Source: an uncultured Candidatus Saccharibacteria bacterium | GTDB lineage: Bacteria; Patescibacteriota; Minisyncoccia; Phycocordibacterales; Phycocordibacteraceae | Assembly: GCA_964593365.1 (NCBI GenBank) | Contig: CAZQGQ010000001.1 | Coordinates: 50,153-114,152, forward strand | Length of the DNA: 64,000 nt | Direction: 5' to 3' | Part shown: positions 46,031-54,563 of the stretch, piece after piece | How the letters are laid out: each line of letters opens with the position of its first letter | Position numbering within the stretch: the stretch's first letter is position 1 | Notes under the pieces: model-generated | Databases searched by the model: none | Told to the model about the DNA's origin: nothing | The model's input: the letters and a program-made list of their open reading frames with translations, nothing else | Translations under genes and position numbers: made by a program

Positions 46031-46774
46031 TTGAGGTACAATATTTCTGTGTCTAAAGAAACTCTACTCAAACTCAACGATATTCACGTCCACTACGGAG
46101 GCGTGAAGGCACTTGATGGCGCGTCAGTCACTTTGGACGAAGGAGAGATTGTCGCGCTCATGGGACCAAATGGCGCAGGCAAATCAACGATCCTTAAAGC
46201 GCTCTTCGGTCTTGCTCCGATAAAAGCAGGGGCAGTGCTTTGGGAAGGACATGCATTCACTCCTGTTCCTCATGAAGTAGTAGACCGCGGCATAGCTTTT
46301 GTTCCTCAGGGACGCCGTGTGTTTGCCGATCTTACCGTCGAAGAGAACCTCGAGATCGGCGGATTCAAAGTAGGGAATGCTCGCTTAATCAAAGAACGAA
46401 TACAAGAACTTTACGAACTCTTCCCGGTGTTGAAGGAGAAGCGACATGCGAAATCAGGAACACTTTCTGGAGGACAGCAGCAGATGCTCGCTATCTCCCG
46501 CGGCCTTATGACCGATCCTAAAGTCCTTCTTCTCGATGAGCCTTCCCTCGGTCTTTCTCCGAAGTTCGTTACCGAGATCTTCGCGTTCGTGAAAGATATT
46601 AACGAAAAGCGGAAAACCTCGATCATGGTCGTCGAGCACAACATCAAATCTCTCCTTACTATCGCCACCCGTGGCTACATCCTCGATAAAGGGAAGGTAG
46701 TCGCTCACGGCTCTCCGCAGGAACTAGTATCCAAAGGTACGCTCGAAAAGGTCTTCACCGGGGCTGCGCTCTAA
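46031..46774 (+). CDS. livF: ABC transporter ATP-binding protein (LivF-type), TTG start
   Basis: LLKLNDIHVHYGGVKAL...GPNGAGKST...LSGGQQQMLAISRGL...LLLDEPSLGLSP. Confidence 0.8.
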   Translation: MRYNISVSKETLLKLNDIHVHYGGVKALDGASVTLDEGEIVALMGPNGAGKSTILKALFGLAPIKAGAVLWEGHAFTPVPHEVVDRGIAFVPQGRRVFADLTVEENLEIGGFKVGNARLIKERIQELYELFPVLKEKRHAKSGTLSGGQQQMLAISRGLMTDPKVLLLDEPSLGLSPKFVTEIFAFVKDINEKRKTSIMVVEHNIKSLLTIATRGYILDKGKVVAHGSPQELVSKGTLEKVFTGAAL

Positions 46775-46790
46775 GTGCTATCATTGGCAG

Positions 46791-47528
46791 ATGTTAATTG
46801 TCGCCAACTGGAAAGCGTACGTAGACTCTAAGGAAAAGGCGAAAAAGCTCTTTGCCGCTGCTAAGCGCCTTTCAACAGTGAAGCGCGTGAAGATCGTGCT
46901 CGCTCCTCCCACCCCGTATCTAGGACTCTTGGCGCTCAACAACCGCACTAAGATCATGTTTGCGGCTCAAGACGTATCAGAGGCAACTGCAGCAACAGTC
47001 ACGGGGGAAGTAACAGCTCCTATTTTGAAGAGCATGGGCGTTAAGTACGTCATCATCGGCCACTCAGAACGTCGACGACGAGGAGAGAGCGATGAGCTCA
47101 TTACCGAGAAAGTCCGTCGAGCTCTTGCTAACGGCATAACGCCTATCCTTTGTATCGGAGAGCGTGAGCGTGATCCGGACGCTCGCTATCTCGCATTCCT
47201 TCGAAACCAGATCGTTTCCGTATTCTCTGGCCTCTCTCCCAAAGAACGCCTTGGCATCATCATCGCGTACGAACCCATCTTCGCTATCGGAAAGACGGCA
47301 GCAGACGCGCTTAACTCAGCAGACGTTGCTGAGATGGTTCTTTATATACGCAAAGTGTTGAGCGAGCTTGGTATTAGCAAGACCGGCATAAAGATTTTGT
47401 ACGGAGCATCCGTTGAGCCGGAAAATATCCGAGGCCTTGCAGGCGGGAGCGGTGTCGACGGATTTCTGGTGGGACACGCAAGCGCAGATCCTGCGATGTT
47501 CTCTGCGTTCGTGAAGACTTTGACGTGA
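46791..47528 (+). CDS. tpiA: Triosephosphate isomerase
   Basis: ANWKAY..., IIGHSERRR, CIGERE (active-site Glu), AYEPIFAIGKT. Confidence 0.85.
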   Translation: MLIVANWKAYVDSKEKAKKLFAAAKRLSTVKRVKIVLAPPTPYLGLLALNNRTKIMFAAQDVSEATAATVTGEVTAPILKSMGVKYVIIGHSERRRRGESDELITEKVRRALANGITPILCIGERERDPDARYLAFLRNQIVSVFSGLSPKERLGIIIAYEPIFAIGKTAADALNSADVAEMVLYIRKVLSELGISKTGIKILYGASVEPENIRGLAGGSGVDGFLVGHASADPAMFSAFVKTLT

Positions 47529-48658
47529 GGACAATACAAGACATCAAGGTTCTAGAAAATGTTTCAGTGCTTGTCCGCACTTCCTTGAATGTGCCCGTCG
47601 AGAACGGAAAGGTCGAAAACACCTTTCGCCTCAAGGCCGCGCTTCCAACGATCGCCTACCTTCAGGAGCGCCACGCCCGCGTCATCTTGATAAGCCATAT
47701 AACCGGTAAGGGAACAGAGACTCTGGAGCCCATGTATAAGGCGATGCGCGAGTGGGTGCCTAACCTTTCTTTCTGTCCGGTTTCAACAGGTCCGCAGGCC
47801 CGCCAAGCAGTGCGCGACCTCATGCCAGGACACGTGCTCATGCTCGAGAATCTCCGCCGCAATGTAGGCGAAGAGAAGAATGATCCTGAACTAGCGAAAG
47901 AACTTTCAATGCTTGCGGACGTATTCGTACAAGATTCTTTCGATACCTGCCACCGAAAGCACGCGTCTATTGTCGGAGTTCCTGAACTTCTGCCGTCGTA
48001 TGCAGGCTTCACGGTTGAAGCTGAAGTATATGAGCTATCAAAAGCCTTAAAGCCGAAACATCCTGCGGTTGCCATCATCGGAGGCGCGAAGTTCTCTACC
48101 AAAGAGCCCGTTCTGAAAGTGCTCCTTAAAACCTATGACCGTGTGTTTGTGGGCGGAGCGCTGGCAAACGACTTCCTAAAAGCAAAAGGTTTTTCAGTTG
48201 GAGCGTCCCTGGTCTCAGACGAAGGACAGACCGGCATTCGTGAGCTTCTGAAAAACAAGCGACTCGTCACTCCTTCGGACGTTATTGTCGCTCCACCTAA
48301 TACAGACCGCAAGGAAGGACATGTTGTCTCGGTCTCTGATATTCCTGAGAACGAAGCAGTACTTGATGCAGGCCCACAGACCGCCGAAGAACTCGTACAA
48401 CTGGTAACCAAATCAAAGATGGTGCTCTGGAACGGCCCGCTTGGTCTCTTCGAGCACGGGTTTGTCGACTCTACCCGCACCCTTATCCGTGCGGTCGCAG
48501 CGTCTAAAACACACTCAATCATTGGTGGCGGAGATACGGTCGAAGCGATCGAAGAACTCGGTGTTCGCGCTGAATTCTCCTTTATTTCAACGGGAGGAGG
48601 CGCCATGCTTGATTACCTTGCGTACGGGACGCTTCCCGGACTCCAAGCACTTCGGTAG
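47525..48658 (+). CDS. pgk: Phosphoglycerate kinase
   Basis: 377 aa. VLVRTSLNVP, LENLRRNVGEEKND, FISTGGGAMLDYL. Overlaps the tpiA stop by 4 nt. Confidence 0.9.
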   Translation: MRTIQDIKVLENVSVLVRTSLNVPVENGKVENTFRLKAALPTIAYLQERHARVILISHITGKGTETLEPMYKAMREWVPNLSFCPVSTGPQARQAVRDLMPGHVLMLENLRRNVGEEKNDPELAKELSMLADVFVQDSFDTCHRKHASIVGVPELLPSYAGFTVEAEVYELSKALKPKHPAVAIIGGAKFSTKEPVLKVLLKTYDRVFVGGALANDFLKAKGFSVGASLVSDEGQTGIRELLKNKRLVTPSDVIVAPPNTDRKEGHVVSVSDIPENEAVLDAGPQTAEELVQLVTKSKMVLWNGPLGLFEHGFVDSTRTLIRAVAASKTHSIIGGGDTVEAIEELGVRAEFSFISTGGGAMLDYLAYGTLPGLQALR

Positions 48659-48667
48659 AATAGAGGA

Positions 48668-49129
48668 ATGAAAGGTGATTGTATCTTTTGCCAGATAGTC
48701 CAAGGCACCGCTCCTGCTCACACGATATGGGAAGACGACAAGCATCTGGCATTCCTATCCATATTTCCGAACACCGAAGGGTTTTCAGTGGTTATTCCGA
48801 AAGAGCATCAGGGAAGCTACTTCGCCGAAGTGGAGGAAGGGGTCACGTCCGACCTCATCAAGGCCGCCCGCAAGGTAGCAAAGAAGATAGATGCGGCATT
48901 CCCGGAAGTCGGACGCACCGCGCTCATCTTCGAAGGCTTTGGCGTTGACCATTTGCACGCGAAGCTCGTTCCTCTCCATGGCACCGCCTCCGACACCTGG
49001 AAACAGCATCGCTCATCGGTAGGGAAGTATTTCACCTCCTACGAAGGATACGTATCTTCCCATGACTTCGAGCGGGCAGACGATGAGGTGCTTGCGAAAA
49101 TTGCGAAAAAGATTCGAGGAGCAGCATAA
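48668..49129 (+). CDS. HIT-family protein (histidine triad-like)
   Basis: MKGDCIFCQIVQGTAPAHTIWEDDKHLAFLSIFPNTEGFSVVIPKEH. The triad region reads DHLHAKL, so the third His is replaced by Lys. Confidence 0.6.
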   Translation: MKGDCIFCQIVQGTAPAHTIWEDDKHLAFLSIFPNTEGFSVVIPKEHQGSYFAEVEEGVTSDLIKAARKVAKKIDAAFPEVGRTALIFEGFGVDHLHAKLVPLHGTASDTWKQHRSSVGKYFTSYEGYVSSHDFERADDEVLAKIAKKIRGAA

Positions 49130-49135
49130 GGAGCC

Positions 49136-50845
49136 ATGTTCTCGCTCCACGACCCCATTGATGCTGCTATTCGCGACGAGCTTCTCGAGCACGATGACCT
49201 TATCGCGGCGCTCCTTTCGCGCCGAGGAATCAAAACTAAGGAAGATGCCGATGCTTTCCTCTTTCCTTCATACGACGAGCACATAGGAGATCCGCTGCAG
49301 ATACTTAATATGCCAAAAGCAGCCGGAAGGATTGCAAAGGCGATAGAAACGGGAGAGCGAATTACCGTCTGGAGCGATTATGACTGCGACGGTATCCCGG
49401 GCGGAACCATACTCCACGACTTTCTGAAGAAAGCCGGAGCGAATTTCACTAACTACATCCCGCATCGCCATGAGGAAGGGTTCGGCGTGAACACGCTTGG
49501 CGTCGAGAAGCTCGCGAAAGAGGGAACGACCTTGATGATCACGGTTGATTGCGGGATTACTGACGTCGAGCCCATCAAACGTGCGCAAGAGTTAGGAATC
49601 GACGTCATCTTGACCGACCATCACCTCCCTGCGGAAGTGCTTCCGCCTGCATTCGCCGTCATCGACCCGAAGCAAGAGGGTGAGACGTATCCGTTTCGGG
49701 ATTTCTGCGGAGCAGGACTTGCCTGGAAGCTTGCGTGCGGGGTGCTCGCGCACGGATTTGTCGGACGAGAAAACATACAGATCGGCTGGGAGAAGTGGCT
49801 TTTGGATATGGCAGGGCTCGCGACTATTGCCGACATGGTCCCGCTTGTCGGAGAGAACCGCGTCATCGCAAAGTACGGGCTCCTCGTCATGCGCAAATCT
49901 CCGCGACTCGGACTCCAAGCCCTTTGCAAAGCTGCGCGCGTCAATCAGCGCTTTATTACTGAAGACGATGTCGGTTTCATGATCGCTCCGCGAGTGAATG
50001 CTGCAAGCCGCATGGGGAATCCACGTGATGCATTTGAGCTTTTCACGACAACAGACGAAGCTCGGGCAGACGCGCTTGCAAAAGAACTAGAGAAAGCCAA
50101 TCGTGCGCGGCGAGCACAGGCAGCAGCGATCACGCGTGCAGTGCATGAGCGCTTGGCAGAACGGAAACTCACGACGACAGAAATTCCAGACGTGATCGCG
50201 CTTGGGGATCCTGACTGGCGTCCAGGACTGTTGGGACTTGTAGCAAACACCATCTCTGAAGAATACGGACGCCCCGTCTTCTTGTGGGGACGAGAAGGAG
50301 GGAAGACGTTGAAGGGATCGTGCCGCGCAGGCCGTCCTGGTGTTTCGGTAGTTGAGATTATGGCCGGTACGCAGGATGTGTTTGAAGGACATGGTGGGCA
50401 CGGGCCAGCCGGCGGTTTCACCGTCAAAGACGACGCTGTTTTCTTTCTCGAAGAGCGACTATGTAAATCCTATGCGGCGCTTCCAAGTTCGGGAGAAGCT
50501 GCTGTGCTTGCGATGGCGGACGCGTCGCTATCCATGCAGGAAGCAACGGGAGAGCTTCTCGATAAGCTCTTGAAGCTCGCGCCCTTTGGCATGGGAAATC
50601 AAAAGCCGATCTTCGCCTTCCAGGGTGTCTCGCTTTCTAAAGTCACGTGGTTCGGGAAATCCGAAGAGCACCTGAAGCTCACCGTAGGTTCAGTCGAAGC
50701 CATTTCGTTCTACGCAAAGCGCCAGCTCGGGAAAGGATCAAGCGAGCTCGCACCAGGCAAAGAAGTGAGCATACTCGCAAGTCTTGAGCGGGATCAGTTC
50801 TCACGAGGACGCCCGGTGCGCCTCCGGCTCGTCGCTGTCCGCTAG
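49136..50845 (+). CDS. recJ: Single-stranded-DNA-specific exonuclease RecJ (DHH/DHHA1)
   Basis: VWSDYDCDGIPGGTIL, ILTDHHLP, GGGHGPAAGFTV. Confidence 0.85.
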   Translation: MFSLHDPIDAAIRDELLEHDDLIAALLSRRGIKTKEDADAFLFPSYDEHIGDPLQILNMPKAAGRIAKAIETGERITVWSDYDCDGIPGGTILHDFLKKAGANFTNYIPHRHEEGFGVNTLGVEKLAKEGTTLMITVDCGITDVEPIKRAQELGIDVILTDHHLPAEVLPPAFAVIDPKQEGETYPFRDFCGAGLAWKLACGVLAHGFVGRENIQIGWEKWLLDMAGLATIADMVPLVGENRVIAKYGLLVMRKSPRLGLQALCKAARVNQRFITEDDVGFMIAPRVNAASRMGNPRDAFELFTTTDEARADALAKELEKANRARRAQAAAITRAVHERLAERKLTTTEIPDVIALGDPDWRPGLLGLVANTISEEYGRPVFLWGREGGKTLKGSCRAGRPGVSVVEIMAGTQDVFEGHGGHGPAGGFTVKDDAVFFLEERLCKSYAALPSSGEAAVLAMADASLSMQEATGELLDKLLKLAPFGMGNQKPIFAFQGVSLSKVTWFGKSEEHLKLTVGSVEAISFYAKRQLGKGSSELAPGKEVSILASLERDQFSRGRPVRLRLVAVR

Positions 50846-50868
50846 AAGGACCGTGCTACATTCTATAA

Positions 50869-51291
50869 ATGCAATTTACGCTCTATGCGGACGGCGGTTC
50901 CAGAGGAAACCCAGGACCTTCAGGCGCTGGAGCCGTCGTATTTGATGCGATTGGAAAACGGGTAGCTGAAGTCTCCGACTATCTTGGCGAGACGACAAAT
51001 AATGTCGCCGAATACGAAGCAATCATCCGCGGCCTCAAAGCGTTGCTTGCGGCCTTCCCAGAAGGATATTTCAAGAGTGCTTCCGTTGAGGTGCGTATGG
51101 ATAGCAAGCTCGTTATCGAGCAGATGAAGGGTGCCTATAAGGTGAAGCATCCGAATCTGATACCTCGAAACTTCGAGGCGAAAAACCTCATCGCGCGCAA
51201 TTTCTCACAGATATCGTTCGTGCATGTGCCGCGAGAGAAGAATACGGATGCAGACGAGCTGGCGAACCTCGCGATGGATCGCAAGAAATAA
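50869..51291 (+). CDS. rnhA: Ribonuclease HI
   Basis: LYADGGSRGNPGPSGAG..NNVAEYEAI...HVPREKNTDADELAN. Confidence 0.85.
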   Translation: MQFTLYADGGSRGNPGPSGAGAVVFDAIGKRVAEVSDYLGETTNNVAEYEAIIRGLKALLAAFPEGYFKSASVEVRMDSKLVIEQMKGAYKVKHPNLIPRNFEAKNLIARNFSQISFVHVPREKNTDADELANLAMDRKK

Positions 51292-51294
51292 CCC

Positions 51295-52803
51295 ATGACG
51301 GACAAACTGCTCTTAGTCGGTGTTATCGGCTTTGCGCTCGGTGTTCTTATGGCCTCGTACTTGGGCAGCGTTAGTCTCGTATTTTTCTTTGCGTTTCTTG
51401 CGGTTGTGTTCTTCGGTCTCTGGCGTTTGCGAAAGCAGGCAGTACTTATTTTTGTATGTGTTTTGTTGCTTACCGCTTCCATCGGAGCGATGCGAATGCA
51501 ATTTGTGGCAGAAGCGCTTCCAGATGAGTTCGTCCCGCTGGTAGGGACTGAAGTAGAGATTGAGGGAGTCGTCGTAGCAGATCCTGACATTCGCGAGACC
51601 AGCCAGCGGATAACGGTTGAAGTAGAAAAGGATGGAGTACAAACGCGCGTACTTGCCGTAGCGCCATTGTATCCATCGGTTCGCTATGGCGAGCGAGTAG
51701 TAGCTCGCGGAGAGTTTACTTTGCCTGAAGCATTTGAAACGGATATGGGAAGACAATTCTCCTACGACAAATTCCTCGCTAAGGATTCCGTCTTTGCGGT
51801 TCTCCAAAATGCATCGCTTGAGGTGATCGCGCCGCGCGAGGGGTTCGTAGCACATGTCTTCGGTCCGTTAGCTGACTTTAAAAATATAGGCATTGAAATG
51901 CTGGGCCATGCTCTTCCCGAGCCGCACGCCTCTTTAGCATCCGGTCTTATTCTTGGCGGGAAGCAGGGATTGGGCGAAGACCTTCTCGACAGCTTTATCG
52001 TCTCAGGGCTCGTGCATATCGTCGTACTCTCCGGATACAACGTCATGATCGTCGCGGAGTTCGTGCTCCGCCTCTTGGGATTTTTGCCGAAGCGAACGGC
52101 TGCGTGGTTTGGCGTCGCGACTATCGCTGCGTTCGTTCTTGCAGCTGGAGCAGGTGCGGCGTCCGTCCGCGCAGGTCTTATGGCGGGCATTGCAGTCTTT
52201 GGGCGCGCAACGGGAAGAACGTATGACGCGTTTCGCGCGCTTCTCCTGGCGGGAGTCGTCATGGTGCTCGCAAGCCCGTATTCGCTTGCGTATGACCCTG
52301 GGTTCCAACTTTCGTTTATAGCGACCTTGGGCCTCATCTTCGGTGCGCCGATCGTGGAGCGCTGGCTCCATTTTGTGAAAAGTGCTTTCCTTCGGGAAAT
52401 CGCTTCAGCAACCATCGCTGCTCAGATAAGCGTGTTGCCGCTGCTTATCTATCAAAACGGGCTCTTCTCGCTCGTTGCGCTCCCCGTAAATCTTATCGTT
52501 CTTCCCATTGTCCCAATCGCGATGCTCGCGTCAGCGGTTGCTGGGCTTGGCGGCTTTATTGTGCCTGCGCTGGCAACGCTTATAGGATTGCCTGCGTATC
52601 TCCTCCTTTCCTACATCATCAGCATCGTTGAAATCTCCGCGGCTCTTCCGCTTGCTGCGCTCTCAATCCCTGCCTTCCCGTTTATCTTTACGATTCTCGC
52701 GTACGCAGGCCTTATATACCTGGTGTGGCGCTCCTATGACGCGTCAGCGAACCGTTTCTCAACCACTGCCCAGTTAACGTTATCGAGAAAAGCATCGACG
52801 TAG
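51295..52803 (+). CDS. comEC: DNA internalization competence protein ComEC/Rec2 (competence domain only)
   Basis: 502 aa, multi-TM. DUF4131-like N-terminus and Competence domain (SGLVHIVVLSGYNVMIV). Lacks a C-terminal MBL domain. Confidence 0.8.
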   Translation: MTDKLLLVGVIGFALGVLMASYLGSVSLVFFFAFLAVVFFGLWRLRKQAVLIFVCVLLLTASIGAMRMQFVAEALPDEFVPLVGTEVEIEGVVVADPDIRETSQRITVEVEKDGVQTRVLAVAPLYPSVRYGERVVARGEFTLPEAFETDMGRQFSYDKFLAKDSVFAVLQNASLEVIAPREGFVAHVFGPLADFKNIGIEMLGHALPEPHASLASGLILGGKQGLGEDLLDSFIVSGLVHIVVLSGYNVMIVAEFVLRLLGFLPKRTAAWFGVATIAAFVLAAGAGAASVRAGLMAGIAVFGRATGRTYDAFRALLLAGVVMVLASPYSLAYDPGFQLSFIATLGLIFGAPIVERWLHFVKSAFLREIASATIAAQISVLPLLIYQNGLFSLVALPVNLIVLPIVPIAMLASAVAGLGGFIVPALATLIGLPAYLLLSYIISIVEISAALPLAALSIPAFPFIFTILAYAGLIYLVWRSYDASANRFSTTAQLTLSRKAST

Positions 52804-53327
52804 TTTTTCTTTTCTGCAGGCACGTAGTCAACCATGTAGGCGTGCTCCCAAAGGTCGACTGCCATAAGGACAGGGAGGCCCGATAGCTGCCCGAGCTCAT
52901 GGTCTGCAACAAATACCGTCTGCAGCACGCTTCCTCGAGGATCCCAGTACACCACTACCCATCCAATGCCGCGCATTCCGGCTACTTCCTTTATATGCGC
53001 GATAAAGTCATCAAAGCTCCCGTATTTTTCTGCTGCGACCTTTCGGAGATTTCCCTCTGGGCTTGCAACTGAAGGACCTCCTTCAAGCTGCTCGAAGTAG
53101 TACTCGTGCATGCGCATGCCGTCGAACTCGAAGTTATAGCGGCGGCGAAGCTCGTTTATAACGAATGCGTTGTCTTCAGCTCCTTGTTCCTTGAGGGCTT
53201 TGATCTTCTCGCTTATGAGGTTCACGTGCTTCACGTAGCCCTGGTAGAGACCGAGGTGCACGTCGATCTGCTTTTGGGAGAGTCCTTTGAGTTCTGGAAG
53301 GGCGAACGTTTGGGCGGTGTAGGTCAT
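52734..53327 (-). CDS. sodA: Fe/Mn-family superoxide dismutase
   Basis: I prefer the ATG at 53327 (MTYTAQTFALPEL...). FDGMRMHEYYF, GIGWVVVYWD, DLWEHAYMVDY signature. The track ORF extends to 53540. The C-terminus overlaps comEC by 70 nt, convergent. Confidence 0.75.
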   Translation of the reverse strand: MTYTAQTFALPELKGLSQKQIDVHLGLYQGYVKHVNLISEKIKALKEQGAEDNAFVINELRRRYNFEFDGMRMHEYYFEQLEGGPSVASPEGNLRKVAAEKYGSFDDFIAHIKEVAGMRGIGWVVVYWDPRGSVLQTVFVADHELGQLSGLPVLMAVDLWEHAYMVDYVPAEKKNYVDAFLDNVNWAVVEKRFADAS

Positions 53328-53373
53328 ATACGTGAAGTATATACCTCGGCCTCGGTGATATGCTGGTGAAAAC

Positions 53374-54231
53374 GTGGCCATAGATCGCCGACAGCTCAAG
53401 TATGGTTTTCTCTTTGCCCTGGTAGGGATCAATGTCCTTATCTTCACTCTCGTGCTTTTGCGTCCGTCACACATACTTACTGTTTCGTTCCTTGATGTGG
53501 GGCAAGGCGACGCGATTTTAATCGAAAGCCCAACAGGCACTGACGTCTTGATCGATGGCGGGCGCGACCGTTCTGTCGTTCGAGAACTCCCGAAGCGCCT
53601 CGGACCGTTCGATCGAACAATCGACCTTGTCGTTGCAACGCATCCGGACGCCGATCATATAGGCGCTCTGCCAAGCGTGCTGGACCGCTATCAGGTGAGC
53701 TACGTTCTTGAGCCGGGCGTTTCAAGCGACACCTCGCCAACCAAAGCGTTTGCTGCATCCGTTTTAGAAGAAAAAGGCGTAACGACAATGCTCGCGCGGC
53801 GCGGTATGCGAATCAACCTTGGCGGAGGTGCTCATATGGATGTGTTGTTTCCAGATCGGAATGTATCCGGACTTGAAACCAACACCGGGTCGGTCATCGC
53901 TCGACTGGTGTATGGCGAAACGTCGTTCCTCCTTACTGGAGACGCGCCCTCTTCAATCGAGAACTGGCTAACGCTTCTCGACGGAGAGGAACTTAAGAGC
54001 AATATTCTAAAAGCGGGGCACCATGGATCCCGAACTTCGACGAGCGAAGCGTGGCTTTCTGCTGTTGATCCGTCAGTGGTCGTCATATCTGCCGGCAAAG
54101 ATAACTCATACGGGCATCCGCATGCAGAAGTGCTCGAAAACATCCAAGCATCGGGAGCGTCTATGGAAGCAACGCTTGGGGAAGGGACGGTGACCTTCGT
54201 GAGTGACGGGAAGAGCGTACGGAGAAAATAA
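53374..54231 (+). CDS. Metallo-beta-lactamase-fold protein resembling the ComEC C-terminal MBL domain
   Basis: N-terminal TM helix, then FLDVGQGDAILIESPTGTDVLIDGG...VATHPDADHIGAL...AGHHGSRTS. Confidence 0.75.
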   Translation: MAIDRRQLKYGFLFALVGINVLIFTLVLLRPSHILTVSFLDVGQGDAILIESPTGTDVLIDGGRDRSVVRELPKRLGPFDRTIDLVVATHPDADHIGALPSVLDRYQVSYVLEPGVSSDTSPTKAFAASVLEEKGVTTMLARRGMRINLGGGAHMDVLFPDRNVSGLETNTGSVIARLVYGETSFLLTGDAPSSIENWLTLLDGEELKSNILKAGHHGSRTSTSEAWLSAVDPSVVVISAGKDNSYGHPHAEVLENIQASGASMEATLGEGTVTFVSDGKSVRRK

Positions 54232-54264
54232 AAACCGCCCCGTGGATACGAGGCGGTTTTTATG
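54229..54264. terminator. Bidirectional terminator
   Basis: AAAAACCGCCCCGTGGATACGAGGCGGTTTTTAT. Confidence 0.6.
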
Positions 54265-54272
54265 GAAGCTTT

Positions 54273-54518
54273 CTATTTGAGTATTCCGGCCTTCTTGAGA
54301 GTCTTGAAAGCGCCGTTCTTCTTGATGTGGCGTAGTCCTGCGATAGAAATGTCCACAAGAACCATCTTATTGAGTTCAGGGACGAAGACGCGTCGCTTCT
54401 GGAGGTTTGCCTTGCGGCGGACCTTTCCTGTTGGGTTGAACTGGGTTGCGCGCGTGCGGTTAGAGTACCGACCGCCAATCTGCGTGCTTTTTCCAGTGAT
54501 CTCGCATTCGCGTGCCAT
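54273..54518 (-). CDS. rpmB: 50S ribosomal protein L28
   Basis: MARECEITGKSTQIGGRYSNRTRATQFNPTGKVRRKANLQKRRVFVPELNKMV... Confidence 0.8.
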   Translation of the reverse strand: MARECEITGKSTQIGGRYSNRTRATQFNPTGKVRRKANLQKRRVFVPELNKMVLVDISIAGLRHIKKNGAFKTLKKAGILK

Positions 54519-54563
54519 AGTTCCCGCATGCTAGCATAGAGGCTAGCGTTTAGGCAAACCTAT

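Noticed and set aside
47662-48606. Two minus-strand ORFs of about 150 aa antisense to pgk, and similar ORFs antisense to recJ (49592..50427), comEC (51313..52415) and fusA (61722..63558)
   Set aside because: Shadow ORFs opposite high-GC3 conserved genes.
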